Under the pieces are notes generated by a model. The model worked only from the letters and a program-made list of their open reading frames with translations. It ran no database searches and was not told where the DNA came from. Both the position numbers and the translations under genes were made by a program. Shown here piece by piece: positions 9,018-18,943 of a stretch of 64,000 bases of DNA. The stretch is from Candidatus Omnitrophota bacterium (lineage in GTDB: Bacteria; Omnitrophota; Gorgyraeia; Zapsychrales; Fredricksoniimonadaceae): contig JBAXRK010000002.1 of assembly GCA_037131245.1 (NCBI GenBank), positions 28,143 through 92,142 on the forward strand, written 5' to 3'. Every line of letters starts with the position of its first letter. Position 1 is the stretch's first letter.

Positions 9018-10520
9018 ATGGCCCATGTAAACGTTCCCAAGCGTTACATCCTGGCGATCGACCAGGGCACCACCGGTTCGCGCGCGTTCATTTTCGATCA
9101 TCAGGGCCGGGCTATCGCGTCCGCCTATCAGGAATTCCCTCAATATTATCCGAAACCCGGCTGGGTCGAGCACGACGGGGAAGAGATCTTTTCTTCCGTT
9201 GTTTCGGTCATTAAGAAAGCCGTCGCTTCCGCCCGAATTAACCCCGCCGCGATCGCGGCTATCGGCATCACCAATCAACGTGAAACGACACTGCTCTGGG
9301 ACCGCCGCACGGGCAAGCCCTGCCATCGGGCGATCGTCTGGCAATGCCGCCGTACCGCGGCTTTTTGCGATGGCCTTAAGAAGCACGCGGCTTTGATCAA
9401 AAGGACCACCGGGCTGGTGGTGGACGCTTATTTCTCCGGGAGCAAAGTGCGCTGGTTGCTCGACCATGTGCCTAGCTTGCGGGCCAAAGCCCGTCAGGGG
9501 CATATTGCTTTTGGCACGATCGATTCCTGGCTGGTCTACAAACTTACCGGTGGCGCCGCGCATGTGACGGACATGACCAACGCCAGCCGTACGATGCTCT
9601 TCGATATCAAGGCCCGTCGCTGGAGTCGGCCTTTATTAAAATTGCTGAACGTCCCGGAAAACATCCTTCCGTCGGTCCGGAATTCCGCGGCGGTGTTTGG
9701 CCATACGGCAGCTATGGCCGGTTTGCCGGCCGGCATTCCTATTACGTCGGTCATGGGTGACCAGCAGGCCGCTCTTTATGGCCAGGGCTGTTTTACCGCC
9801 GGGACGGCCAAGAACACGTACGGGACGGGCTGTTTCATGTTGTTTAACACCGGCAAGAAATGCATTCATTCAACGGGGGGCTTGCTCACGACCCTGGCCT
9901 GTGATGTTCAGGGGATGCCGGTCTTTGCGTTGGAGGGATCGGTCTTTATCGCGGGTGCTGTGGTGCAATGGCTGCGCGATGAGCTCAAAGTGATCCCGGA
10001 TGCTGAGTCGGCGGAGACGATGGTCGCTGGCCTCAAGGACACGAATGGTGTCTATATGGTGCCGGCTTTTGTGGGCTTGGGGGCGCCGCACTGGGAACCT
10101 CACGCGCGCGGCATTATCACCGGGCTGACGCGCGGCGCGAATGCCCGGCATATCGTCAGGGCTTCTTTAGAGGCGATCGCGTATCAGATCAAGGATGTGT
10201 TCGACCTGATGCAGAAAGAGGCCGGCTTTCCGGTGCGCCTGCTGGCAGTTGATGGCGGGGCTTGCCGCAACGGATTTTTGATGCAGTTCCAGGCGGATAT
10301 CCTTGGCGCGAAGGTGGTGCGCCCGGTGATGGTCGACTCGACCGCGGCGGGTGCCGCGTATCTGGCGGGGATTGCGATCGGTTTATGGCGGCCGTCTGAC
10401 CTCGCCCGTTTGAAGAAGGTCGAGCGGGTGTTCCGGCCTTCCATGCCCCGGGAGGATGTCCGGGCGCGTTACGAGGGTTGGCAAAAGGCCGTGGCCCAGG
10501 CCTTGTCGGGGCACCGATGA
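9018..10520 (+). CDS. glpK: glycerol kinase
   Basis: Re-started at ATG 9018 (MAHVNVPKRYILAIDQGTTGSRA...). FGGY-family sugar kinase signatures throughout, ~500 aa. Confidence 0.85.
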   Translation: MAHVNVPKRYILAIDQGTTGSRAFIFDHQGRAIASAYQEFPQYYPKPGWVEHDGEEIFSSVVSVIKKAVASARINPAAIAAIGITNQRETTLLWDRRTGKPCHRAIVWQCRRTAAFCDGLKKHAALIKRTTGLVVDAYFSGSKVRWLLDHVPSLRAKARQGHIAFGTIDSWLVYKLTGGAAHVTDMTNASRTMLFDIKARRWSRPLLKLLNVPENILPSVRNSAAVFGHTAAMAGLPAGIPITSVMGDQQAALYGQGCFTAGTAKNTYGTGCFMLFNTGKKCIHSTGGLLTTLACDVQGMPVFALEGSVFIAGAVVQWLRDELKVIPDAESAETMVAGLKDTNGVYMVPAFVGLGAPHWEPHARGIITGLTRGANARHIVRASLEAIAYQIKDVFDLMQKEAGFPVRLLAVDGGACRNGFLMQFQADILGAKVVRPVMVDSTAAGAAYLAGIAIGLWRPSDLARLKKVERVFRPSMPREDVRARYEGWQKAVAQALSGHR

Positions 10521-12010
10521 TCCGCGATATTTCCCGCCTTGAGAATAAAACTTTTGACGTGCTTATTGTCGGTGGCGGCATTAACGGCGCGGCTATCGCG
10601 CATCTGGCCGCGGCTTGCGGCGCTTCGGTCGCGCTGCTGGAGAAAGATGATTTTGCTGCCGGCACGTCCAGCCGTTCCAGCAAGCTTTTGCACGGCGGCA
10701 TTCGGTATCTGGAACATTTTGAGTTCGATCTGGTGGCGGAGTCGTTGCGTGAGAGGGCTTTGCAGTTAAAGACCGCGCCGCATTTGACCGGCGCTTTGCG
10801 TTTTGTGATCCCGGTTTATAAAGATAGCCCGCGGCCCTTGTGGATGATGAAGGTGGGGGTTCGTCTTTATGATCTTTTAAGCGGGCGGGACCGACTTGGG
10901 CTGCCCCGTTATTTATCGACAGAGGATGTAGTGAAGGAGGCGCCCGGCATCAGCCGGGAGGGTTTGACCGGTGGCGTTGAGTATTGGGACGCGCAGATGG
11001 ATGATGCCCGCCTCTGCCTGGAAAATGTTTTGATGGCCGACACGTTCGGCGCGGTGGCGGCGAATAATGTTGAGGTGGAGCAGTTTATCCTGGAGGCCGG
11101 ACGCGCCGTCGGCGTTCAGGCCCGGGACCGTTCGGCCGGGCGCTCGTTCGCGGTGAAGGGGCGGACGGTCATTCTGGCGGCTGGCCCATGGTCGGATAGC
11201 CTGATCCGGAAGCTGGACCCCGCCGCGCCACGCCGTTTACGCCCGACCAAGGGCGTGCACATTGTTTATCAGGGTCAGGTGTCGTCGAGCGCTTTTTTGC
11301 TGCAGGGTCACAGCGACGGACGGGTTTTCTTTGTGATCCCTTACAAGGGCCATACCTTGATCGGCACGACCGATACGGACTATACCGGTGATCCCGGTTC
11401 GGTGTCCGTTGAGGAAGAAGACCTTCATTATCTTTTGACCGAAGCGGCGCGGGTTTTCCCTCGGCTGACGTTTGAGCGCTCCCGGATCCTGTCGTCTTTC
11501 GCGGGTGTCAGGCCTTTGGTCGCGGAGAAGGGCCATCCCTCGAAGGTCTCCCGCCGTCACGTGGTTGAGCGTTTGAAGAACGGCGCCTTCGCGGTGATGG
11601 GCGGAAAGTACACGACCTATCGCGCGATCGCCGAGGACACGTTGCGGCTCGCGCTGCCTGATCGATGGCGGTGCCGTCCGCCGATGAAGGATTATATTCT
11701 TTTCGGCAGCGGTTCCCTGGAAAAAGCGGCCGTTTGCGCGTCGCGTTATGGTCTTTCGGCCGATACGGTGGCATACTTGCAGGGGGTCTATGGCAGCCGG
11801 GCGGAAGATGTTTTGGCCCTGACGCACGGCCGGCCGGAGCTTAAAGCGGTTGTTTGTTCCTGCTCGCCGGCCATCGCGGCCCAGGTGGTCTATGCCCGGG
11901 ATGTCGAGATGGCCCGGGATGTGGATGATGTCCTGGAACGCCGGCTGGGGGTGTCGTACCTTGGTTGCCGGAATGAGGGTTGCCGGCAGCGGTATTGCCA
12001 ATATTTCTAA
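10517..12010 (+). CDS. glpD: FAD-dependent glycerol-3-phosphate dehydrogenase
   Basis: Start at ATG 10517 overlaps the glpK stop (ATGA). FDVLIVGGGINGAAIA dinucleotide-binding motif and the GlpD/GlpA family body. Confidence 0.8.
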   Translation: MIRDISRLENKTFDVLIVGGGINGAAIAHLAAACGASVALLEKDDFAAGTSSRSSKLLHGGIRYLEHFEFDLVAESLRERALQLKTAPHLTGALRFVIPVYKDSPRPLWMMKVGVRLYDLLSGRDRLGLPRYLSTEDVVKEAPGISREGLTGGVEYWDAQMDDARLCLENVLMADTFGAVAANNVEVEQFILEAGRAVGVQARDRSAGRSFAVKGRTVILAAGPWSDSLIRKLDPAAPRRLRPTKGVHIVYQGQVSSSAFLLQGHSDGRVFFVIPYKGHTLIGTTDTDYTGDPGSVSVEEEDLHYLLTEAARVFPRLTFERSRILSSFAGVRPLVAEKGHPSKVSRRHVVERLKNGAFAVMGGKYTTYRAIAEDTLRLALPDRWRCRPPMKDYILFGSGSLEKAAVCASRYGLSADTVAYLQGVYGSRAEDVLALTHGRPELKAVVCSCSPAIAAQVVYARDVEMARDVDDVLERRLGVSYLGCRNEGCRQRYCQYF

Positions 12011-12017
12011 CTATTCT

Positions 12018-12046
12018 ATTTTTTAAAGTGAGGACAGGGTTATAAT
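12018..12046 (+). promoter_or_regulatory. candidate promoter of the fatty-acid oxidation operon
   Basis: Perfect TATAAT at 12041-12046 in an AT-rich gap 34 nt upstream of the fadB/J-type gene. The -35 element is poor (ATTTTT). Confidence 0.3.
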
Positions 12047-12079
12047 AAAAGTAGTACAAACAAACTTTAGAGGTGACTT

Positions 12080-14191
12080 ATGAATGTTATTTACAAAGAA
12101 GAGAATAACATCGCAACCATCACCTTTGATCAGCCAGATTCCAGAGTCAATGTCCTCAATACCGCCACCCTGCTCGAGTTCGAGCATATCATCGACCAGT
12201 TAAGCAGCCCCAGCCTTCTCAAAGCCGTTATCATTCAAAGCGCCAAGAAAGATATTTTTATCGCCGGCGCTGACATCAAGGAGATCGAGACCATTACGGA
12301 AGTGGCCGACGGAAAGGCCAAATCGCAGGCCGGGCAGCGCATTTTTAACAAACTTGAAGACCTGCCGATGGCGACTGTCGCGGTCATTGACGGGGCGGCA
12401 TTGGGTGGCGGTTGCGAGCTGGCTTTGGCTTGCCGGTACCGTGTAGCGACCTTTAGCGACAAGGTGCGGATCGGGGTCCCTGAAGTGAATCTTGGCTTTG
12501 TTCCCGGTTTTGGCGGGACATATCGTTTGCCTAAATTGCTTGGCTTGCAGGGGGCGCTCAAGCTGATCCTGGGCGGCAGCCCGGTGGACAGCCGGGTAGC
12601 GCTTAAAATGGGCCTGGTCGACCGGCTGTATTCCCAGCAAGGGCTGGCGGCGCGCGTGCGCGAGTTTATTGACGAGGTCACGGCGGCCAGCAAGCGGCGC
12701 AAATATCCGGTGATCGCGCCCAAGGGGTTCAACGCGTTCCTGGAAAAAACATCGCTCGGCCGCGGGTTTATTTTCAGCAAATCCCGCGAGAGTGTACTTA
12801 AAGTTTCCAAAGGGTTTTATCCCGCTCCGGTCAAGGCGCTCGATGTTGTTCGCGTAACATGTGGGGTATCTCGCCGGAAAGCGCTGGATATTGAATCAAC
12901 AGCTTTCGCCGAGCTGGCGGTGACCCCGATCTCCAAGAATCTGGTGAGCCTTTTTTATCTTTCCGAGAAATTCAAGAAGCTTTCTGTGCCTGGAGCAACG
13001 GTGGTGCCCGCGGCGGTCGCCAAGGCCGGGGTCATCGGCGCCGGTATCATGGGCGGCGGGATCGCGCAGCTGTTAAGCAACCGGGGTGTCTGGGTCAGGC
13101 TTAAAGATATCAATCATGACGCGATCGGCAAGGGGCTAAAAGCCGCCTGGGATGTTTATAAGGAGGCGCTGAAGCGTAAGAAGATGAAACAGGGTGAAGC
13201 GGCGGCGCGCATGGCGATGATCTCGGGCACGCTCGATCATAGCGGCCTTAGGGACGCCGATATCGTTATAGAAGCAGTGGTTGAGAATATGGAGATCAAG
13301 AAGAAGGTTTTCGGCGAGCTTAGCCGCCAGGTTTCGCCCAAAACCATCCTGGCGTCGAATACGTCGTCGCTGTCGGTCAGCGAAATGGGCAGCGCGGTAG
13401 CGGATCCTTCAAAAATGATCGGGTTCCATTTCTTTAATCCGGTGCATCGCATGCCGCTGCTGGAGATCATCACGACGCCAAAAACGTCGCAGGAAACACT
13501 GGTGACGACGCTCGAGTTCGCCAAGCGCCTGGGCAAAACGCCGATCATTGTTAAGGACGCGCCGGGTTTTCTGGTCAACCGCATCCTGCTGGCGTATATC
13601 AATGAAGCGGGGCGGGTGCTGGAAGAGGGTGGGGATATCGAGGGGCTCGACAGGCTGGTGACCGATTTCGGGATGCCGATGGGTCCGTTCACTCTTTCCG
13701 ATGAGGTCGGGCTCGACGTTGGCGTGAAAGTGTTGCATATCCTGGAGGCGGGCTTAGGCGCGCGTTTCAAGTCGTGCGCGATCTTCGACAAGGTTTTTGA
13801 ATTGAAATTGCTGGGTAAGAAGTCCGGGCAGGGTTTTTATATCCATGGCAAACGCCGGCAGGTCAATCCTAAAGTCCAGGCGCTGGTCAAGGGAGGCGCA
13901 CCGGATAAAGACGCCCTCAAGCGGATGATCTACATCATGATCAATGAAGCCGCGCGGATCATCGAAGAAGGCGTGGTCGACGGGGCGGATACGGTCGATA
14001 TCGGGATGATCATGGGGACCGGGTTCCCGCCGTTCCGCGGCGGCTTGTTGCGTTATGCTGATTCGCTGGGGATCGACACACTGGTCGGTGAATTGCAGGC
14101 GCTCGAAGAGCGTTTCAAGGACGGACGTTTCAAGCCGGCGGCGTACCTGCTTGGTTTGCAGAAACAGAAGACGTCGTTTTATCCGGCCTGA
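12080..14191 (+). CDS. fatty-acid oxidation complex alpha subunit (enoyl-CoA hydratase / 3-hydroxyacyl-CoA dehydrogenase, FadB/FadJ type)
   Basis: 703 aa. N-terminal crotonase fold, central NAD-binding GVIGAGIMGGGIA, C-terminal 3HCDH domain. AGAGGTGA RBS. Confidence 0.85.
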   Translation: MNVIYKEENNIATITFDQPDSRVNVLNTATLLEFEHIIDQLSSPSLLKAVIIQSAKKDIFIAGADIKEIETITEVADGKAKSQAGQRIFNKLEDLPMATVAVIDGAALGGGCELALACRYRVATFSDKVRIGVPEVNLGFVPGFGGTYRLPKLLGLQGALKLILGGSPVDSRVALKMGLVDRLYSQQGLAARVREFIDEVTAASKRRKYPVIAPKGFNAFLEKTSLGRGFIFSKSRESVLKVSKGFYPAPVKALDVVRVTCGVSRRKALDIESTAFAELAVTPISKNLVSLFYLSEKFKKLSVPGATVVPAAVAKAGVIGAGIMGGGIAQLLSNRGVWVRLKDINHDAIGKGLKAAWDVYKEALKRKKMKQGEAAARMAMISGTLDHSGLRDADIVIEAVVENMEIKKKVFGELSRQVSPKTILASNTSSLSVSEMGSAVADPSKMIGFHFFNPVHRMPLLEIITTPKTSQETLVTTLEFAKRLGKTPIIVKDAPGFLVNRILLAYINEAGRVLEEGGDIEGLDRLVTDFGMPMGPFTLSDEVGLDVGVKVLHILEAGLGARFKSCAIFDKVFELKLLGKKSGQGFYIHGKRRQVNPKVQALVKGGAPDKDALKRMIYIMINEAARIIEEGVVDGADTVDIGMIMGTGFPPFRGGLLRYADSLGIDTLVGELQALEERFKDGRFKPAAYLLGLQKQKTSFYPA

Positions 14192-14221
14192 AGCCGGTAA
14201 GGTGCCATCAAGGGGGATTCT

Positions 14222-15703
14222 ATGGCTTCCTGGAAGAACATAACGGCTTTATCGTACCCGCAGATCCGTGAATTACAGGATCGCAAGCTACGTCATTTTT
14301 TCCGCACGCAGGTATATCCCTTCAGTGCTTATTATCGCCGGATCTTTGATGAGCAGAAGATCCATCCGCGCCATATCCAGGGCATCAGTGACCTGAAGCA
14401 CCTGCCTTTTACCAGCAAGCTCGACTTGGTTGCGGATGACAACCCGCAGCGGTTCATGGATTATATTCTCAAGCCAGACCAGGAAAAGATCCGCGCGTCT
14501 TGGCCGAAGTATAAACTGGCGGGCCTCGCCCTCAAGTCGCTGCTGCGGGGCAAAGAGGAGGTCATGGCCGGACTGGCGAAGGAATACCGCCCGATCTTCA
14601 TGACCTTTACCACCGGAACGGCCCATTCGCCGGTTCCGGTGACGTATAGCCGCTATGACCTGGACAATCTTTGTATTTCCGGCAGCCGCATGGTGAGCCT
14701 CTTTGACATCAAGTCTGACGAACGCATCATGAATATCTTTCCGTTCGCGCCGCACCTGGCGTTCTGGCAGACGTTCTTCGGCGCGCTGGAGGCGGATGTT
14801 TTCGCGCTGAGTACCGGCGGCGGCAAGGTGATGGGGACAGAAGGGAACCTGACGGCCATCAAGCGCACCAAACCGTCGGTGATCCTGGGTGTGCCCAGTT
14901 ATATTTATCACATGGTCCGGGTCGCGCAGGAACGCAAATACGACTTGTCGTATATCAAGAAGGTGGTGCTGGGCGCCGGCCGGGTGACGGCGGAATACAA
15001 GTTAAAGCTTTCCACGATGCTGGCGGATTGCGGCGCCAAAGACGTGCTGATCTTCGGGACTTATGGTTTTACCGAGGCGCGCATGGCCTGGGCCGAATGC
15101 CCGACAGACAACAAATTGTCGAGTGGCTATCATTTGTACCCGGACAAGGAGATCTTCGAGATCATCGATCCCAAGACCGGCACGGTCCTTGATGACGGGG
15201 CGGACGGCGAGATCGTTTATACGCCCCTTGACTCGAGGGCTTCCGTGATCCTGCGTTACCGCACGGGGGATTTCGTAAAAGGCGGCATCAGCCATGAGCC
15301 CTGCCCGCATTGCGGCCGGATGACCCTGCGGCTGTCGAGCGATATTTCCCGTTTGTCGGATATCAAGGGGCTGGAGCTCGCCAAGATCAAGGGCGTGCTG
15401 GTGAATATGGACCATTTCGCGCAGGCGCTCAACGGCATGCCCGAGATCGATGAATGGCAGATCGAGATCCGTAAGCATAACAATGATCCCCACGACAGCG
15501 ACGAGCTGGTGGTTTATGTGGCGCACCGCAAGGAACTTAATGAGGCGGCGTTCGCGGATCAGTTGAAAGACCGTTTGATGGGGACGACGGAACTGGCGCC
15601 TAATGAGGTGAAGTTCATTCCGCTGGCGGAAATGGTAAAACGGCTGGAACTTGAAACAGCTAACAAGGAAAAACGGATCCTGGACAACAGGCCGAAAAGC
15701 TAA
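14222..15703 (+). CDS. adenylate-forming enzyme, phenylacetate-CoA ligase (PaaK) / CoF390-synthetase-like
   Basis: 493 aa. TTGTAHSPVPV resembles the PaaK-family P-loop. Placed inside a beta-oxidation operon, which suggests acyl-CoA ligase function. Assignment by resemblance only. Confidence 0.5.
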   Translation: MASWKNITALSYPQIRELQDRKLRHFFRTQVYPFSAYYRRIFDEQKIHPRHIQGISDLKHLPFTSKLDLVADDNPQRFMDYILKPDQEKIRASWPKYKLAGLALKSLLRGKEEVMAGLAKEYRPIFMTFTTGTAHSPVPVTYSRYDLDNLCISGSRMVSLFDIKSDERIMNIFPFAPHLAFWQTFFGALEADVFALSTGGGKVMGTEGNLTAIKRTKPSVILGVPSYIYHMVRVAQERKYDLSYIKKVVLGAGRVTAEYKLKLSTMLADCGAKDVLIFGTYGFTEARMAWAECPTDNKLSSGYHLYPDKEIFEIIDPKTGTVLDDGADGEIVYTPLDSRASVILRYRTGDFVKGGISHEPCPHCGRMTLRLSSDISRLSDIKGLELAKIKGVLVNMDHFAQALNGMPEIDEWQIEIRKHNNDPHDSDELVVYVAHRKELNEAAFADQLKDRLMGTTELAPNEVKFIPLAEMVKRLELETANKEKRILDNRPKS

Positions 15704-15708
15704 AGCAA

Positions 15709-15755
15709 GCTCCCATCTGCCCGTCAGCCAGTTGGCTGTCGCGGCATCTGGGAGC
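15709..15755 (+). terminator. intra-operon nested stem-loop between PaaK-like gene and thiolase gene
   Basis: Outer stem GCTCCCA/TGGGAGC. Inner perfect stem CAGCCA-gt-TGGCTG. Followed by ATAAAATTTT. Confidence 0.3.
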
Positions 15756-15781
15756 ATAAAATTTTCACGGAGGAAAATTTT

Positions 15782-17059
15782 ATGGAACGTATCGCGATCA
15801 TCGACGGAGTAAGGACGCCATTTTGCAAGATGGGGACGGACTTCAATTTCATGAGCGCGCAGGAGCTCGGGCGCATTGCCGCCCGCGAGCTGATCGAGCG
15901 TACCGGATTCGACGTCCGCCATATTGACGAGGTCATTTTCGGCTGCGTTGGGCAGCCGGCCGACGCAGCGAATATCGCGCGGGTCATCGGCTTGCTGGCG
16001 GGCGTTCCCCAATCGACGCCGGCCTTCACGGTGCATCGTAATTGCGCTTCCGGCATAGAAGCGGTGGTGTCCGCGGCCGTCAAGATCCGGGCCGGTGAAG
16101 GCCGCTGCATGCTGGTCGGTGGCACGGAATCGATGAGCAATATCCCGCTTTTTTTCAGCAAGGCGTCCCAGGAGCTTTTCATGGAGCTGGGCCGTGCCAA
16201 AACCTTGTTGGCAAAACTCGCGGTGATGGCTAAATTCTGCCCGCATCATTTTTCACCTGTGGTCGGTTTACAGCTGGGGCTGACTGACCCGATCTGCAGC
16301 CTGAACATGGGGCAGACGGCGGAAGTCCTGGTGCAGGAATTCGGCATTACCCGACGGGAGCAGGACCAGTTCTCGCTGGAAAGCCATTTGAAAGCGCTCG
16401 CCTCCCGGGCCATCCTGGCGGAAGAGATCGTGCCGGTTATCCCGGGGCCGAAATACACCAAAGCCACTACCATGGATAACGGGCCGCGGGAGGGGCAGAC
16501 GATCGAAGCGCTGACCAAGCTCCGGCCTTTCTTTGATAAAGCGACTGGTACGATCACGGCGGGGAATTCCAGCCAGATCACGGACGGCGCGGCCGCCCTG
16601 CTGGTGGCTTCCGAAAGCCGGGCCAAAGAGCTGGGGTTAAAGCCGCTGGGGTATGTGCGGGCTTTCGCTTATGCCGGGGTTGAACCGTCCCGGATGGGTA
16701 TTGGGCCGGCGCACGCGATCCCTCTGGCACTTAAGAAAGCAGGCCTGAAATTATCTGACATGCAGGCTATTGAGATCAATGAGGCCTTTGCCGCCCAGGT
16801 CATTGCGTGCATGAAAGCGCTGGCGTCACCGGCCTTCGCGGCAAAGTTCGGGTTCGAAGGGTTTACGGGCGAGATCGATCCGGCGAAGCTTAACAAACAT
16901 GGCGGGGGCGTGGCGCTGGGGCATCCGGTAGGCACCACGGGCGCGCGGATCATTCTGACCACGCTTAAGCGGTTACAAAGGGAGAATCAGGATTTCGGCG
17001 TGGCGTCGCTTTGTATCGGGGGAGGCCAGGGTGCGGCGGTGGTCCTGGAACGGGCGTAG
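15782..17059 (+). CDS. acetyl-CoA acyltransferase / 3-ketoacyl-CoA thiolase
   Basis: 425 aa. Thiolase catalytic Cys context NCASG, C-terminal GHPVGTTGARI and CIGGGQG motifs. GGAGG RBS. Confidence 0.85.
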   Translation: MERIAIIDGVRTPFCKMGTDFNFMSAQELGRIAARELIERTGFDVRHIDEVIFGCVGQPADAANIARVIGLLAGVPQSTPAFTVHRNCASGIEAVVSAAVKIRAGEGRCMLVGGTESMSNIPLFFSKASQELFMELGRAKTLLAKLAVMAKFCPHHFSPVVGLQLGLTDPICSLNMGQTAEVLVQEFGITRREQDQFSLESHLKALASRAILAEEIVPVIPGPKYTKATTMDNGPREGQTIEALTKLRPFFDKATGTITAGNSSQITDGAAALLVASESRAKELGLKPLGYVRAFAYAGVEPSRMGIGPAHAIPLALKKAGLKLSDMQAIEINEAFAAQVIACMKALASPAFAAKFGFEGFTGEIDPAKLNKHGGGVALGHPVGTTGARIILTTLKRLQRENQDFGVASLCIGGGQGAAVVLERA

Positions 17060-17089
17060 TATCGGGGAAAAATTTATAAGGAGATACCT

Positions 17090-18943
17090 ATGAGCATGTT
17101 CGATAAAAATATCAGCAAGGAAAAACTTCAGTCCCTGGAGTTTGCCGAGGCGGCGCGCGAGCAGCAGTGGCAGTTTCCCAGTTTCGCGCTCAAGCTTTTT
17201 CACGGCAGCGTGGCCTGGTCGCTGATCCACCCTTTTCCGGAACAGTCCGCCGAAGAGAAGAAGGCCGGCGATGAATACCTGGCTAAGATGGAGAAGTTCT
17301 TGCGTGAGAACCTCAATCCCGATGAGGTTGACCGCACGGGGCTGATCCCCGAGAAGGTTTATAAGGGCCTGGGCGAGCTCAAGGCGTTCGCGCTCAAGAT
17401 CCCCAAAGAGTACGGCGGGATGGAATTTAGCCAATACAATTATAACCGCATTATGCACCTGGTCGCCAGTTACTGCGGTTCGACGGCGGTGCTTTTGTCG
17501 GCGCATCAAAGCATCGGCGTGCCGCAGCCGCTGAAATTGTTCGGCACCCCCGAGCAGAAGAATAAGTACCTGCCGCTGTTTGCCAAAGGCGCGATCTCGG
17601 CGTTCGCCTTGACCGAACCGACGGTCGGTTCCGATCCGCGCAAGATGCTCACCACCGCGACACCGACGGAAGACGGGAAGCATTTTATTATCAACGGCGA
17701 AAAGCTCTGGTGTACTAACGGCCTGATCGCCGACGTTATCGCGGTGATGGCGGTCACCCCGCCCAAGATCGTCAAGGGCAAAGAGGTCAAGCAGATCACG
17801 GCGTTCATCGTGGAGGGCAAAACGCCGGGGATCGAGAAGGTCCACCGCTGTGATTTCATGGGATTACATGGCATTCAGATCGGGCTCATCCGGTTCAATA
17901 ATGTGAAAGTACCGCGCGAGAATATCATCCTTGGTGAAGGCGAAGGGCTGAAGCTGGCGCTGATGACGCTGAATGTCGGCCGCCTCACCTTGCCGGCCGC
18001 ATCCGTCGGCATCGCCAAGTGGTGCATGTTCGTTACCCGTGAGTGGGCGAAAAAACGCCAGCAGTGGGGCGCGCCGATCGGGGAGCATGAATCCGTGGCG
18101 CTGAAGATGTCCTATATTGCCAGCCATACATTCGCGCTTGACGCGGTCACCTGGCTGACTTCCGCGATGGCCGACGATAAGCATCGCGATATTCGCCTGG
18201 AAGCGGCGCTGGCCAAGTTGTTCTCGACCGAGGTTTCCTGGAAGATCGCGGATGAAACCTTGCAGATCCGTGGCGGCAGCGGGTATGAATCCAGCTCTTC
18301 ACTCAAGCGTCGCGGCGTGGACGATTGGCCCGTGGAGCGGGTGCTGCGTGACGTGCGCATCAACCGGATCATCGAGGGTACCAGTGAGATCATGCACCTG
18401 TTCATCGCCCGCGAAGCGCTCGACCCGCATTTGTCGTATTTAAAGCCGCTGCTTAGCGGCCGTACGCCGATCCTGGCCAAGCTGGGCGCGGCCCTCAAGA
18501 TGATGGCCCATTACGCGGTGTGGTATCCGGGCCTGTGGGGCGGATTCTTCACCCCGCCCGAGATCGGCAGTTTGCCGGGCCCGCTGCAGCCGCAGATGAT
18601 GTATGTGCGCAGGGCCAGCCGCCGCTTGGCGCGCGGGACCTTCCATCAGATGGTCATTTATCAGCAGAAGCTCGAGAGCAAGCAGAGCATCCTCAACCGC
18701 ATCGTTGATATCGGGACGGAGCTCTTTTCAATTTCCGCGGTTTGCTCATACGCGGTGATGTTGCACAAGAACGGCCAGGAGAATGCGCTCGACCTGGCGG
18801 TGGCCTATTGCCTGGAATCCCGTAAAAGGGTTGATGCTCTTTTCCTGGAGGCCGGCTCGAACCATGACAAGGTCAGTTTGAAGCTCGCGAAAAATGTCCT
18901 TGGCGGAGAGTTTAAATGGATGGAGAACGAAGTTATAAAATAA
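17090..18943 (+). CDS. large acyl-CoA dehydrogenase (FadE-like)
   Basis: 617 aa. ACAD N/M/C domains (FALTEP..GSD, QIRGGSGY) with a C-terminal extension. AAGGAGA RBS. Confidence 0.8.
   Translation: MSMFDKNISKEKLQSLEFAEAAREQQWQFPSFALKLFHGSVAWSLIHPFPEQSAEEKKAGDEYLAKMEKFLRENLNPDEVDRTGLIPEKVYKGLGELKAFALKIPKEYGGMEFSQYNYNRIMHLVASYCGSTAVLLSAHQSIGVPQPLKLFGTPEQKNKYLPLFAKGAISAFALTEPTVGSDPRKMLTTATPTEDGKHFIINGEKLWCTNGLIADVIAVMAVTPPKIVKGKEVKQITAFIVEGKTPGIEKVHRCDFMGLHGIQIGLIRFNNVKVPRENIILGEGEGLKLALMTLNVGRLTLPAASVGIAKWCMFVTREWAKKRQQWGAPIGEHESVALKMSYIASHTFALDAVTWLTSAMADDKHRDIRLEAALAKLFSTEVSWKIADETLQIRGGSGYESSSSLKRRGVDDWPVERVLRDVRINRIIEGTSEIMHLFIAREALDPHLSYLKPLLSGRTPILAKLGAALKMMAHYAVWYPGLWGGFFTPPEIGSLPGPLQPQMMYVRRASRRLARGTFHQMVIYQQKLESKQSILNRIVDIGTELFSISAVCSYAVMLHKNGQENALDLAVAYCLESRKRVDALFLEAGSNHDKVSLKLAKNVLGGEFKWMENEVIK

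Noticed and set aside
8748-9563. Antisense or alternative-frame ORFs (8748-9563) opposite the desaturase and glpK genes.
   Set aside because: A high-GC shadow ORF with no motifs and no start context; the sense-strand genes have strong family signatures.
11237-12001. Antisense or alternative-frame ORFs (11237-12001) opposite the glpD gene.
   Set aside because: A high-GC shadow ORF with no motifs and no start context; the sense-strand gene has a strong family signature.
15002-16249. Antisense or alternative-frame ORFs (15002-16249) opposite the PaaK-like ligase and thiolase genes.
   Set aside because: A high-GC shadow ORF with no motifs and no start context; the sense-strand genes have strong family signatures.
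16973-17845. Antisense or alternative-frame ORFs (16973-17845) opposite the acyl-CoA dehydrogenase gene.
   Set aside because: A high-GC shadow ORF with no motifs and no start context; the sense-strand gene has a strong family signature.
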